In this document: positions 37,584 to 46,316 of the stretch, one piece after another | Layout of the letters: each line of letters starts with the position of its first letter | Position numbering within the stretch: position 1 is the first letter of the stretch | DNA from: Phycisphaerae bacterium | GTDB taxonomy: Bacteria; Planctomycetota; Phycisphaerae; UBA1845; Fen-1342 | Direction of reading: 5' to 3' | DNA: 64,000 nucleotides | Assembly (NCBI GenBank): GCA_050115495.1 | Contig: JASFQK010000022.1 | Span: 1 to 64,000, forward strand | Notes under the pieces: generated by a model | Databases searched by the model: none | What the model saw: the letters and a program-made list of their open reading frames with translations, nothing else | Told to the model about the DNA's origin: nothing | Position numbers and translations under genes: made by a program

Positions 37584-39011
37584 ATGCCGTCGGCAGACAT
37601 CGGTCTCATCGGCCTCGCCGTGATGGGTGAGAACCTGGCGCTGAACATCGAATCGCGCGGATTCACCGTGGCGGTGTTTAATCGCACGGTGGCGCGGGTG
37701 GATGAGTTCATCCAGGGGCGGGCGGCGGGCCAGAACGTCGTCGGTGTGCATTCGCTCGCCGAGTTGTGCGGCGTGCTGAAGAAGCCGCGGCGGGTGATGC
37801 TGATGGTGAAGGCCGGCACGCCGGTCGACGACTACATTGCCCAGTTGCTGCCCTGCCTCGAACCGGGCGACATCATCATCGACGGCGGCAATTCGAACTA
37901 CGAAGACTCGACGCGGCGGACGAAACACGTCGAGAGCCGCGGGCTGCTGTTCATCGGGACCGGTGTCTCCGGCGGCGAGGAGGGAGCGCTGCGCGGGCCG
38001 GCGGTCATGCCCGGCGGGTCGGAGGCCGCGTGGCCGCACGTTCGACCCATCCTTCAGGCCATCGCGGCCCGCACCGCCGACGGGACGCCTTGTTGCGATT
38101 GGGTCGGTCCCGACGGTGCCGGCCATTTCGTAAAGATGGTGCACAATGGCATCGAGTACGGCGACATGCAGCTCATCTGCGAGGCGTATCACCTGATGCG
38201 GGCGGGGCTGGGGCTGTCGCTGGAGGAGATGAGCGACATCTTCAACGAATGGAGTCGCGGCGAGCTCGACAGCTATCTCATCGAGATCACGCGCGACATC
38301 CTTGACTACCGCGACGAGAACGGTGAGGCGGTGCTCGATTTCATCGAGGACGTCGCGGGGCAGAAAGGTACGGGGCGCTGGACGGCGCGGGCGGCGCTGG
38401 AGACGGGGCAGCCGCTCACGCTCATTGGCGAGGCCGTGTTCGCTCGCTTCCTGTCGGCGCTCAGGGAGCAGCGCGTCGCCGCCGCAAAGGTGCTGACGCC
38501 GGTGGTCGGGCGTTTCACCGGCGACGTTCAGGCCGCGGTGCGCGACCTGCGCGATGCGCTCTACGCCTCGAAAATCACGAGCTATGCCCAGGGCTTCCAG
38601 CTTATGCGGGCCGTCGCCGGTCAGAACGAGTGGAAGCTCGATTACGGCAACGTCGCCTTGCTCTGGCGGGCCGGCTGCATCATTCGCTCGGTCTTTCTGG
38701 AGCGCATCAAGGAGGCGTTCACGCGCGAGCCGGAACTGGTCAACCTGCTGCTCGATCCGTTCTTCGCCGAGGCGCTGATGCGTGCCCAGCCGGCCTGGCG
38801 CCGCACACTGCAAACAGCGATCGAGCTCGGCATTCCGACGCCGGCGATGAGCGCGGCCCTGGCGTACTTCGACGGCTACCGCACGGAGCGCCTACCGGCC
38901 AACCTGCTCCAGGCCCAGCGCGATTACTTCGGGGCGCACACGTACACGCGCATCGACCGCCCCGGTACATTTCACACGCAATGGACCGCGAAGCCCGGGA
39001 GGACGTCCTGA
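37584..39011 (+). CDS. gnd: 6-phosphogluconate dehydrogenase, decarboxylating
   Basis: GLIGLAVMG, DGGNS, GVSGGEEGA, KMVHNGIEYGDMQ, QKGTGRW, GCIIRS, QAQRDYFGAH. Confidence 0.97.
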   Translation: MPSADIGLIGLAVMGENLALNIESRGFTVAVFNRTVARVDEFIQGRAAGQNVVGVHSLAELCGVLKKPRRVMLMVKAGTPVDDYIAQLLPCLEPGDIIIDGGNSNYEDSTRRTKHVESRGLLFIGTGVSGGEEGALRGPAVMPGGSEAAWPHVRPILQAIAARTADGTPCCDWVGPDGAGHFVKMVHNGIEYGDMQLICEAYHLMRAGLGLSLEEMSDIFNEWSRGELDSYLIEITRDILDYRDENGEAVLDFIEDVAGQKGTGRWTARAALETGQPLTLIGEAVFARFLSALREQRVAAAKVLTPVVGRFTGDVQAAVRDLRDALYASKITSYAQGFQLMRAVAGQNEWKLDYGNVALLWRAGCIIRSVFLERIKEAFTREPELVNLLLDPFFAEALMRAQPAWRRTLQTAIELGIPTPAMSAALAYFDGYRTERLPANLLQAQRDYFGAHTYTRIDRPGTFHTQWTAKPGRTS

Positions 39012-40252
39012 TGGAGCTCAGCACGATCCGCCAGCAGGTCGACCGCTCGCTGACCCGAACGCCGATCGTCGACATTCACACGCACATCTACAGCGAGGCA
39101 TTCGGCGACCTGCTGTTGTGGGGGATCGACGAGTTGCTGACGTATCACTACCTCGTCGCCGAGCTCTTCCGCTACCGGCCGGATCTGACCTACGCCGACT
39201 TCTGGGCCCAGCCCAAGGCGAAACAGGCGGAGCTCATCTGGGACGAGCTGTTCGTCCGCCACACGCCACTGAGCGAGGCCACCCGCGGCGTGCTCACGAC
39301 GCTGCGGTTGCTCGAGATCGACGTCGAGCAGCGGAGCCTGGACCGGATCCGGCAGACCTATGCCCGCTTCTCGACGGCGGAGTTCATCGATCGCGTTTTC
39401 GCCGTCGCCGATGTGCAAATGGCGATCATGACCAACGACCCGTTCAACGCGAAGGAACAGGCCGTCTGGAACGCGGGCGGCCAACGGGATCCGCGTTTTC
39501 GGGCGGCGCTGCGCCTGGACCGGCTGCTCAACGAGTTCCCGCTGAGCCTGCCCGAGCTGAACGCCCAGGGCTTCCCGGCTTTCAGTCGGCTCGATCGCCG
39601 CACCATCACGGCCGTGCGCGACTTCCTGAACACGTGGATTGAGCGCATGCAGCCGGCGTATCTCGCCGTGTCGCTGCCGCCGAGCTTTCGGATGGACGAC
39701 GACTCCGACCGGGCCCAGCTCATCACTGAGTGCGTGCTACCGGTGGCGCAGGAAACGCAACGGCCGCTGGCGCTCATGATCGGCGTGAAAAAGCGGGTGA
39801 ACCCGGAACTCGGCGACGCCGGCGATTCGGTCGGCAAGGCGGACGTCGGCGTGCTGGAAACGCTGTGCCGCGATTTCCCGCGGGTGCGCTTCCTGGTAAC
39901 GATGCTCTCGCGCGAGAACCAGCACGAGCTGTGTGTCGCCGCCCGCAAGTTCCGGAACCTGCTGCCGTTCGGCTGCTGGTGGTTCCTCAACAACCCCAGC
40001 ATCATCCGGGAGATCGCGACGGAGCGCTTCGAACTGCTCGGCCTCACGGCGATCCCGCAGCACAGCGACGCTCGCGTGCTCGACCAGCTCATCTACAAAT
40101 GGGCGCATTCCCGTGAGATCATCGGCGACGTGCTCGCCCAGCGCTACTTCGACCTGAGCCGCGCCGGCTGGACGGTCACCGAGGAAGAGATCCAGCGCGA
40201 CGCGCAGACGATCCTGGGCGGCGGACTGCTGCTGGAACAGCCGTCGGTGTGA
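39011..40252 (+). CDS. uxaC: Uronate (glucuronate/galacturonate) isomerase, short amidohydrolase type
   Basis: DIHTH, LLTYHYLVAE, MTNDPF, FGCWWFLN, QHSDARVLDQLIYKW. TGATG overlap with gnd. Confidence 0.9.
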   Translation: MELSTIRQQVDRSLTRTPIVDIHTHIYSEAFGDLLLWGIDELLTYHYLVAELFRYRPDLTYADFWAQPKAKQAELIWDELFVRHTPLSEATRGVLTTLRLLEIDVEQRSLDRIRQTYARFSTAEFIDRVFAVADVQMAIMTNDPFNAKEQAVWNAGGQRDPRFRAALRLDRLLNEFPLSLPELNAQGFPAFSRLDRRTITAVRDFLNTWIERMQPAYLAVSLPPSFRMDDDSDRAQLITECVLPVAQETQRPLALMIGVKKRVNPELGDAGDSVGKADVGVLETLCRDFPRVRFLVTMLSRENQHELCVAARKFRNLLPFGCWWFLNNPSIIREIATERFELLGLTAIPQHSDARVLDQLIYKWAHSREIIGDVLAQRYFDLSRAGWTVTEEEIQRDAQTILGGGLLLEQPSV

Positions 40253-40270
40253 AGCCGGCGGCGTGCATGA

Positions 40271-41437
40271 TCACTTCACAGAAAACCGGTACACGGTCAC
40301 GTGGTGGTACGTCTTGCCCGGGCGCAGGATGCATGAGGGGAACTGCGGCTTGTTCGGCGAATCGGGGAAGTGCTGCGTCTCGAGGCAGAGGCCGGACCGG
40401 CGGCCGTAGACCTTGCCGCCCTTGCCCACGTCCTGGTCGTTGAGGAAGTTGCCGCTGTAGAACTGCACGCCCGGCTCGGTCGTGAGCATCTCCATGAAGC
40501 GCCCGCTCTGCGGGTCGTGCAGCGTGCCCACTGGGCGCAGCTTGCCATCCCAACGAGCGAAGACGAAGTTGTGGTCGTAGCCGCCGCCGAAGCGGATCTG
40601 CTCATCGTCTGCCTCGATCCGGGCTCCGATCGGCGTGGGCTTCGTGAAGTCGAACGGCGAGCCCGCAACCGGTCGCAGCTCCCCCGTCGGAATCAGGCTC
40701 TCGTCCACCGGCGTGAAGCGGTCCGCGGCCAGCATCAGCTCGTGGCCAAGGATATCGCCGTTACCGGCGCCGGCGAGGTTGAAGTAGGTGTGATTCGTCA
40801 GGTTGATCGGCGTGGGCGCATCGGTCGTGGCGGTATACTCGATGCGCAGCTCGTTGTCGTTCGTGAGCCAGTAGCACACCGTCGCGTCGAGATTGCCGGG
40901 GTAGCCCTCTTCGCCGTCGCGGCTGCGGTAATGCAGCTTCACGCCGACGCGGCCGTCGCCGACGAGGCCCTCGCCCGCCCAGAGCACTTTCTCGAAGCCG
41001 ATCTCGCCGCCGTGGAGGTGATTCGGCGGCCGATTCGCGGTCAGGTGGTAGGCCTTTCCTTCGAGGGTGAACTGGGCGCCGGCGATGCGGTTGCCGTAAC
41101 GGCCGACGACGGCGCCGAAATGCCGCCGATCGGCGACATAATCCGCCAGCCGGTCGTAGCCGAGGACAATATCCGCCATTTCGCCCGCTCGGTCGGGCAC
41201 GGTCAGGGAAACGATGATGCAACCGACGTCGCAGACGCGCATGCGGACGCCGGCGGCGTTCGTCAGCGTGTAGAGGGATACCGGCTGCCCGTCGGCGGTC
41301 TCGCCCCACGACTGCTTCTCGATCGAGCCCTGGACGCGGCCCTCGTCGGCGACGGCGACCGAGCGGGCGTCCCCCCACACCATCCAGGCGATCGCGACGA
41401 GAAACGATAACGACGACAAGGTGGGTCGGCAGCGCAT
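40271..41437 (-). CDS. galM: Aldose 1-epimerase with a signal peptide
   Basis: GRYGNRI, HLHGG, NLTNHTYFNL, GYDHNF, CLETQHFPD; hydrophobic N-terminal signal. Confidence 0.93.
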   Translation of the reverse strand: MRCRPTLSSLSFLVAIAWMVWGDARSVAVADEGRVQGSIEKQSWGETADGQPVSLYTLTNAAGVRMRVCDVGCIIVSLTVPDRAGEMADIVLGYDRLADYVADRRHFGAVVGRYGNRIAGAQFTLEGKAYHLTANRPPNHLHGGEIGFEKVLWAGEGLVGDGRVGVKLHYRSRDGEEGYPGNLDATVCYWLTNDNELRIEYTATTDAPTPINLTNHTYFNLAGAGNGDILGHELMLAADRFTPVDESLIPTGELRPVAGSPFDFTKPTPIGARIEADDEQIRFGGGYDHNFVFARWDGKLRPVGTLHDPQSGRFMEMLTTEPGVQFYSGNFLNDQDVGKGGKVYGRRSGLCLETQHFPDSPNKPQFPSCILRPGKTYHHVTVYRFSVK

Positions 41438-41756
41438 GGACAGGCTCCTGGCTGAACGTGGCCGGCGTCCCCGGCGGCGGGGAAGGATGCCATCCACCCG
41501 TGAGCTTACTTCAGCCGGCGGCGTGACGTCAACCTCATTCGCTCGGCACATGAGAGATTCTCTGTCGGGACGGAGCCGTCGGAGCGTTCTTCCTTTCCCG
41601 TGTGCTGGAGCGGACATCCGGGGCCCTGCGCCGGAGGATTTGCGTAATTCGCTCTTGCTTCGAGTGATTAGATCGGGTATTGTGCGCTGTGCCGAGGACG
41701 TTGGCGGACCGTCCCGCCGACGTCACCCCACCTTCGCCTTCAAACATGAGGTCGGC

Positions 41757-43328
41757 ATGAGCACACCCAAGAGCACACGTCGGGACTTCCTGAAAGCCGT
41801 GGGCGCCGGAGCGGCGGCTGCGGGACTGACCGCATCCGTCAGACAGGCCGCTTGCGCTGCGACGCCGCGGGCGACGGCCAACGCCGCCCTGACGGTCGAC
41901 CCGCAACCGAAGTTCGCCCTGTCGCCGTATCTGTACCAGCAGTTCATGGAGCCGCTGGGGACGACCGATGGATCGGTGGCGGCATCGTGGAATTTCGGCG
42001 GCGACCACTGGCGTGGGGACCTGGTCGAGGTGACCAGCAAGCTCGGCCCGCCGCTGCTCCGCTGGGGCGGTCTGTTCTCGTCGTATTACCGCTGGCGCGA
42101 GGCGGTCGGGCCGCGGGAGAAGCGCGTGCCGATGCTCAACATGTGCTGGGGTGGCATCGATACGAACCAGGTCGGCACGGCGGAGTTCGTCGACTTCTGC
42201 CGGCAGACCGGGGCCGAGCCGCTGATGTGCGTCAACTTCGAGTCGGACGGCAAGCCCTACTTCATGCGCGATGCCAAGGGCAGCAACCGCAAGGGCGACG
42301 CCGCCGAGGCCGCTGCCTGGGTGCGTTACTGCAACAACCCGGCGGACGCCGACCGCATCAGCCACGGCCACAAAGACCCGCTGACCATCCGCATGTGGCA
42401 GCTCGGCAACGAGACCTCGTACAACCCGGATTGGGACGCCGAGACTTGTGGCCGCAAGACGGTCGAGTTCGCGAAGGCGATGCGGGGCGAGGATCCGTCG
42501 ATCGAGCTCATCGGCTGGGGCGACAGCGGCTGGGGCCCGCGCGTGCTGGAAATGGCCGGCGAGCACCTGCAATACATCGCCTTCCACCACATGTTCGATC
42601 CATATCGCGGGCAACCCGACTCGCCGCTGCGCGGCATCGAATACCGCAAGGACCCCGACCGCACGTGGGACGCCCTGATGAACTCGTGGAAGTGCCACGA
42701 CGAGCGCATCCGCGCCATCCGCGAGGACATGAAGAACTACGACATGCCGCTGGCGCTCACCGAGTGCCACTTCGCGCTCGGCGGCCGGAATCGTTGCGAG
42801 GTGCTCTCCTCCTGGGCCGCCGGCGTAGCCAACGCCCGGCTGGCCAACTGTCACGAGCGGCACGGTGACAAGCTGAAAATCGCGACGCTCGCCGACTTCT
42901 GCGGCACGCGGTGGCAGGTCAACGCGGTCATGATCCCGGTGCCGGGCGGGCGTTCCTTCATGATGCCCGTGGCCCGCGTCATGTGCCTGTACCGACATCA
43001 TTCCGGCGAGCAAGCCGTCGACGTCACCGGTCACCCGGACGAGCTGGACGTCACGGCCAGCATCACCGGCGACCGCGTCTTCCTGCACGTCGTCAACACG
43101 GCTCGCACGCGCGACGTGAGCGCCACGCTCCAGATCGCCGGCCGGAAGATCACCGGCGGGCGGGCGTTCACGCTCGCCGCCGACCCGGAATTCGAAGTGT
43201 ACGAGCATCGCGACGACGTGCTCGAACCCGTCGAGAAACCCGTGCCGGCCAGCGGGGACTGGACGTTCCCGGCGGCGTCCGTCACGGCGGTCGAGCTGGA
43301 TCTGGGGACCGGCGGCGAAGAGGCCTGA
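41757..43328 (+). CDS. Tat-exported GH51-like glycoside hydrolase
   Basis: Tat motif STRRDFLK; LRWGG...YRWREAVGP; acid/base QLGNE; nucleophile LTE; C-terminal FPAASVT. Confidence 0.82.
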   Translation: MSTPKSTRRDFLKAVGAGAAAAGLTASVRQAACAATPRATANAALTVDPQPKFALSPYLYQQFMEPLGTTDGSVAASWNFGGDHWRGDLVEVTSKLGPPLLRWGGLFSSYYRWREAVGPREKRVPMLNMCWGGIDTNQVGTAEFVDFCRQTGAEPLMCVNFESDGKPYFMRDAKGSNRKGDAAEAAAWVRYCNNPADADRISHGHKDPLTIRMWQLGNETSYNPDWDAETCGRKTVEFAKAMRGEDPSIELIGWGDSGWGPRVLEMAGEHLQYIAFHHMFDPYRGQPDSPLRGIEYRKDPDRTWDALMNSWKCHDERIRAIREDMKNYDMPLALTECHFALGGRNRCEVLSSWAAGVANARLANCHERHGDKLKIATLADFCGTRWQVNAVMIPVPGGRSFMMPVARVMCLYRHHSGEQAVDVTGHPDELDVTASITGDRVFLHVVNTARTRDVSATLQIAGRKITGGRAFTLAADPEFEVYEHRDDVLEPVEKPVPASGDWTFPAASVTAVELDLGTGGEEA

Positions 43329-43404
43329 TCGCGAGCCATCGGCCGCGCACGCCTCGCGATCGCGTTAAGATAGTCGCTATCGGCGCGGCGGCCGGCTTGA
43401 GCCC

Positions 43405-44457
43405 GTGCCGAATCGACTCATGTTGCACCTCGCGAGAAGGCTGGATTCCGCTGGCGGGAGAGACCCGCGCCGGGCGGGTCTGCGCCGAGCGACGCTGCTC
43501 TTCATCGGCGCGGCGTTGCTGCTGGCGATGCCGGCCTGCCGCGAGCGAGACGGGGCAAAGACGCTCAAGCTCGCCCATTCCCTCAGCACCGAGCATCCGG
43601 TCCACAAAGCCATCACCTTCCTGGCTCGCCGCGTCGACGAGCTTTCAGACGGCACGCTGCGCATCGATGTCTACCCGGGCGAGCAGCTCGGCTCCGAACG
43701 CGAGGCGATCGAGTTGGTGCAGCTTGGCATCCTGGCCATGACCAAGACGTCGACGGGACCGATGGAGGGGTTCGTGCCGACGATGAAGGTGTACGGGCTG
43801 CCCTACCTGTTTCGTGACGACGAGCACATGTGGAAGGTCCTCGAAGGGCCGATCGGCAAGCGGTTGCTCGCCGCCGGCACGTCGAAGGGTCTGAAGGGGC
43901 TGTGCTACTACGACGCCGGGGCCCGCAGCTTCTACACGACGCACCGGCCAATTCACTCGCCGGCCGACCTGGCGGGCCTGAAGATCCGCGTGCAGCAGAG
44001 CGAGATGTCCCGGCGGATGATCGAGGCCATGGGCGGCGCGCCGACGCCGATCGACTGGGGCGAGCTCTACACGTCGCTGCAACAGGGCGTGGTGGACGGG
44101 GCCGAGAACAACCCGCCCAGTTTCTACAACTCGCGCCACTACGAGACCAGCAAGTACTACAGCCTGGACGAGCACCTCCGCGTGCCGGACATGCTGGTCA
44201 TCAGCCCCACCGTCTGGAACGACCTCTCGCCAAAGCAGCAGGCCATTTTGCAGCAGGCCGTCGACGAGTCGGTGCAGTTTCAGCGGCGTTTGTGGGCGGA
44301 GACGGAGGCCGCGGACCTAAAGGCCGTGCAGGAGGCTGGTGTCGAGATCATCCGGCCCGACAAGCAACCCTTCGTCGACGCCGTGCAGTTACTTTGGCAG
44401 GAGTTCAGCGGGACCGAAGTGGGCCAGATCGCCGAGGAAATCCGCCGCGTGGAGTAG
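43405..44457 (+). CDS. dctP: TRAP transporter substrate-binding protein
   Basis: LKLAH, HPVH, QLGSERE, GARSFY, GLKIRV, ELYTSLQQGVVDGAENN. Lipoprotein-like signal; exact start uncertain. Confidence 0.92.
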   Translation: MPNRLMLHLARRLDSAGGRDPRRAGLRRATLLFIGAALLLAMPACRERDGAKTLKLAHSLSTEHPVHKAITFLARRVDELSDGTLRIDVYPGEQLGSEREAIELVQLGILAMTKTSTGPMEGFVPTMKVYGLPYLFRDDEHMWKVLEGPIGKRLLAAGTSKGLKGLCYYDAGARSFYTTHRPIHSPADLAGLKIRVQQSEMSRRMIEAMGGAPTPIDWGELYTSLQQGVVDGAENNPPSFYNSRHYETSKYYSLDEHLRVPDMLVISPTVWNDLSPKQQAILQQAVDESVQFQRRLWAETEAADLKAVQEAGVEIIRPDKQPFVDAVQLLWQEFSGTEVGQIAEEIRRVE

Positions 44458-44459
44458 GT

Positions 44460-44978
44460 ATGCGTGCTGTCCGGACCATCCGTACGGTTCTCGACCGCTT
44501 CCTTGAAGCGCTGGTGGCGATCGTCATGGCCGTGCTGGTGCTCGATGTGTCCTGGCAGGTGTTCACACGCTACGTCCTGAAAGACCCCAGCACGTGGACG
44601 GATGAGCTGGCCACGTTCCTCATTGTCTGGGTGGCGTTCCTCGGCGCTGCGGTCGGGCTGAGGCGCGGGGCGCACCTGGGCATGGACTACTTCGTCGATC
44701 GGCTGCCCGCGCGGCGGCGCGCGTACGTCAACGTCTTCATCCACGTGTGCACCGGGCTCTTCTCGCTCAGCGTGATGACGATCGGCGGGCTGATCCTGGT
44801 GGTCCGCAAGTTCCATTTGCAGGAAACGTCGCCGGCGTTGGGCCTGAACCTGGCCTGGGTCTATGCCGCCCTGCCGATCAGCGGCCTGTTCCTCACGATG
44901 TACAGCGTCGAGCTCTTCGTCGGCGCGGTGCGCGCCCTGTCGCCGCGCGGCTCGACGGCGGCTGGCAAACCGGAGTAA
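44460..44978 (+). CDS. dctQ: TRAP transporter small permease
   Basis: Four TM helices, QVFTRYV, STWTDEL, HLGMD. Confidence 0.9.
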   Translation: MRAVRTIRTVLDRFLEALVAIVMAVLVLDVSWQVFTRYVLKDPSTWTDELATFLIVWVAFLGAAVGLRRGAHLGMDYFVDRLPARRRAYVNVFIHVCTGLFSLSVMTIGGLILVVRKFHLQETSPALGLNLAWVYAALPISGLFLTMYSVELFVGAVRALSPRGSTAAGKPE

Positions 44979-44986
44979 AGGTCCCC

Positions 44987-46285
44987 ATGGGTTTTCCGCT
45001 GGCGGTGCTGATCGTCACGTTCGTCCTGCTGCTGGCGCTCAACGTGCCGGTGGCCTTCAGCATCGGACTGGCCACCGTTGCCGCCGCCCTGGCCGTTGGG
45101 GATCTGCCAGCCCTGCTGCTCGTCGCGCAGCGGATGGCGACGGGCATCGACAGCTTCGCCCTGCTGGCGATTCCGTTCTTCATTCTCGCCGGTTTGCTCA
45201 TGGGTCGAGGCGGCATCGCCCGGCAGCTCATGGATTGCGCCGAGGTCTTCGTTGGTCCGTTTCGCGGTGGGTTGGCGTATGTGAACGTCGTGACGTGCAT
45301 GCTCTTCGGGGCGATTTCCGGATCGGCCACCGCGGCGGTCTCGTCCATCGGCGGATTCATGGTGCCGCAGATGACGCGCCACGGATACCACCGCGATTTC
45401 AACGCCGCCATCACCATCACCGGCGCGACCACCGGACTGCTGATCCCGCCCAGCAACATCATGATCGTGTACTCGCTGGCCACGGGCGGAGTGGTCTCCA
45501 TCGCTGCCATCTTCATCGCGGGGGTTCTGCCGGGCATCTTGCTGGGTGGGGCGCTGATGGTGGCCGCCGGCGTGATCTCCGCCCGCTGCGGCTACGGCGG
45601 GGGCAGTCGCGTCCCGCTGCGTGAAGCCGTCGTCCGCTGCCTCAAAGCCGTGCCCGCCCTGCTGCTCATCGTGATCATCCTCGGCGGGATTCTGAGCGGG
45701 CAGTTCACCGCCACCGAGGCGTCGGCCATCGCCGTCCTCTACGCCTTCATTCTGGCCGTCTTTGTCTATCGCCAGGTGCGGCTGCGGGAGCTGCCCGAGA
45801 TTCTGCTTCAGTGCGGCGTTACCACGTCGGTCGTCTTCATGCTCATCGCGACGTCGATGGCAATGTCGTGGGTGCTGGCCCACGAGAACATCCCGCAGGA
45901 CGTCAGCGCCGCCCTGCTCGGTCTGACCGACAACAAGATCCTCATCCTGCTCATCATGAACCTGCTGCTGCTCGCGGTCGGCACGTTCATGGACATGACG
46001 CCGGCGGTGCTCATCTTCACGCCGATCTTCCTGCCCGTCGCGAAGAACCTGGGCATCGACCCGATCCACTTCGGCATCATCCTCATCATGAACCTGTGCA
46101 TCGGCCTGTGCACGCCGCCGGTGGGGACGTGCCTGTTCCTCGGCTGCGGCATCGCCGAGACGACGATGGCCAAGGTCTTTCGCCCGCTGCTGCCGCTGTT
46201 CGCGGCGATGATCGTGGTTCTGCTGGTGACGACGTTCACGCCGTGGCTGTCGCTCGCCCTGCCGCACCTGTTCGGGCTCGGCTAG
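44987..46285 (+). CDS. dctM: TRAP transporter large permease
   Basis: LLAIPFFILAG, FGAISGSA, IPPS, TATEAS, GIDPIHFG, TPPVG. Confidence 0.95.
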   Translation: MGFPLAVLIVTFVLLLALNVPVAFSIGLATVAAALAVGDLPALLLVAQRMATGIDSFALLAIPFFILAGLLMGRGGIARQLMDCAEVFVGPFRGGLAYVNVVTCMLFGAISGSATAAVSSIGGFMVPQMTRHGYHRDFNAAITITGATTGLLIPPSNIMIVYSLATGGVVSIAAIFIAGVLPGILLGGALMVAAGVISARCGYGGGSRVPLREAVVRCLKAVPALLLIVIILGGILSGQFTATEASAIAVLYAFILAVFVYRQVRLRELPEILLQCGVTTSVVFMLIATSMAMSWVLAHENIPQDVSAALLGLTDNKILILLIMNLLLLAVGTFMDMTPAVLIFTPIFLPVAKNLGIDPIHFGIILIMNLCIGLCTPPVGTCLFLGCGIAETTMAKVFRPLLPLFAAMIVVLLVTTFTPWLSLALPHLFGLG

Positions 46286-46316
46286 TTCGCGACCGCCGGT
46301 GGGAGTGCAGGTCGAT

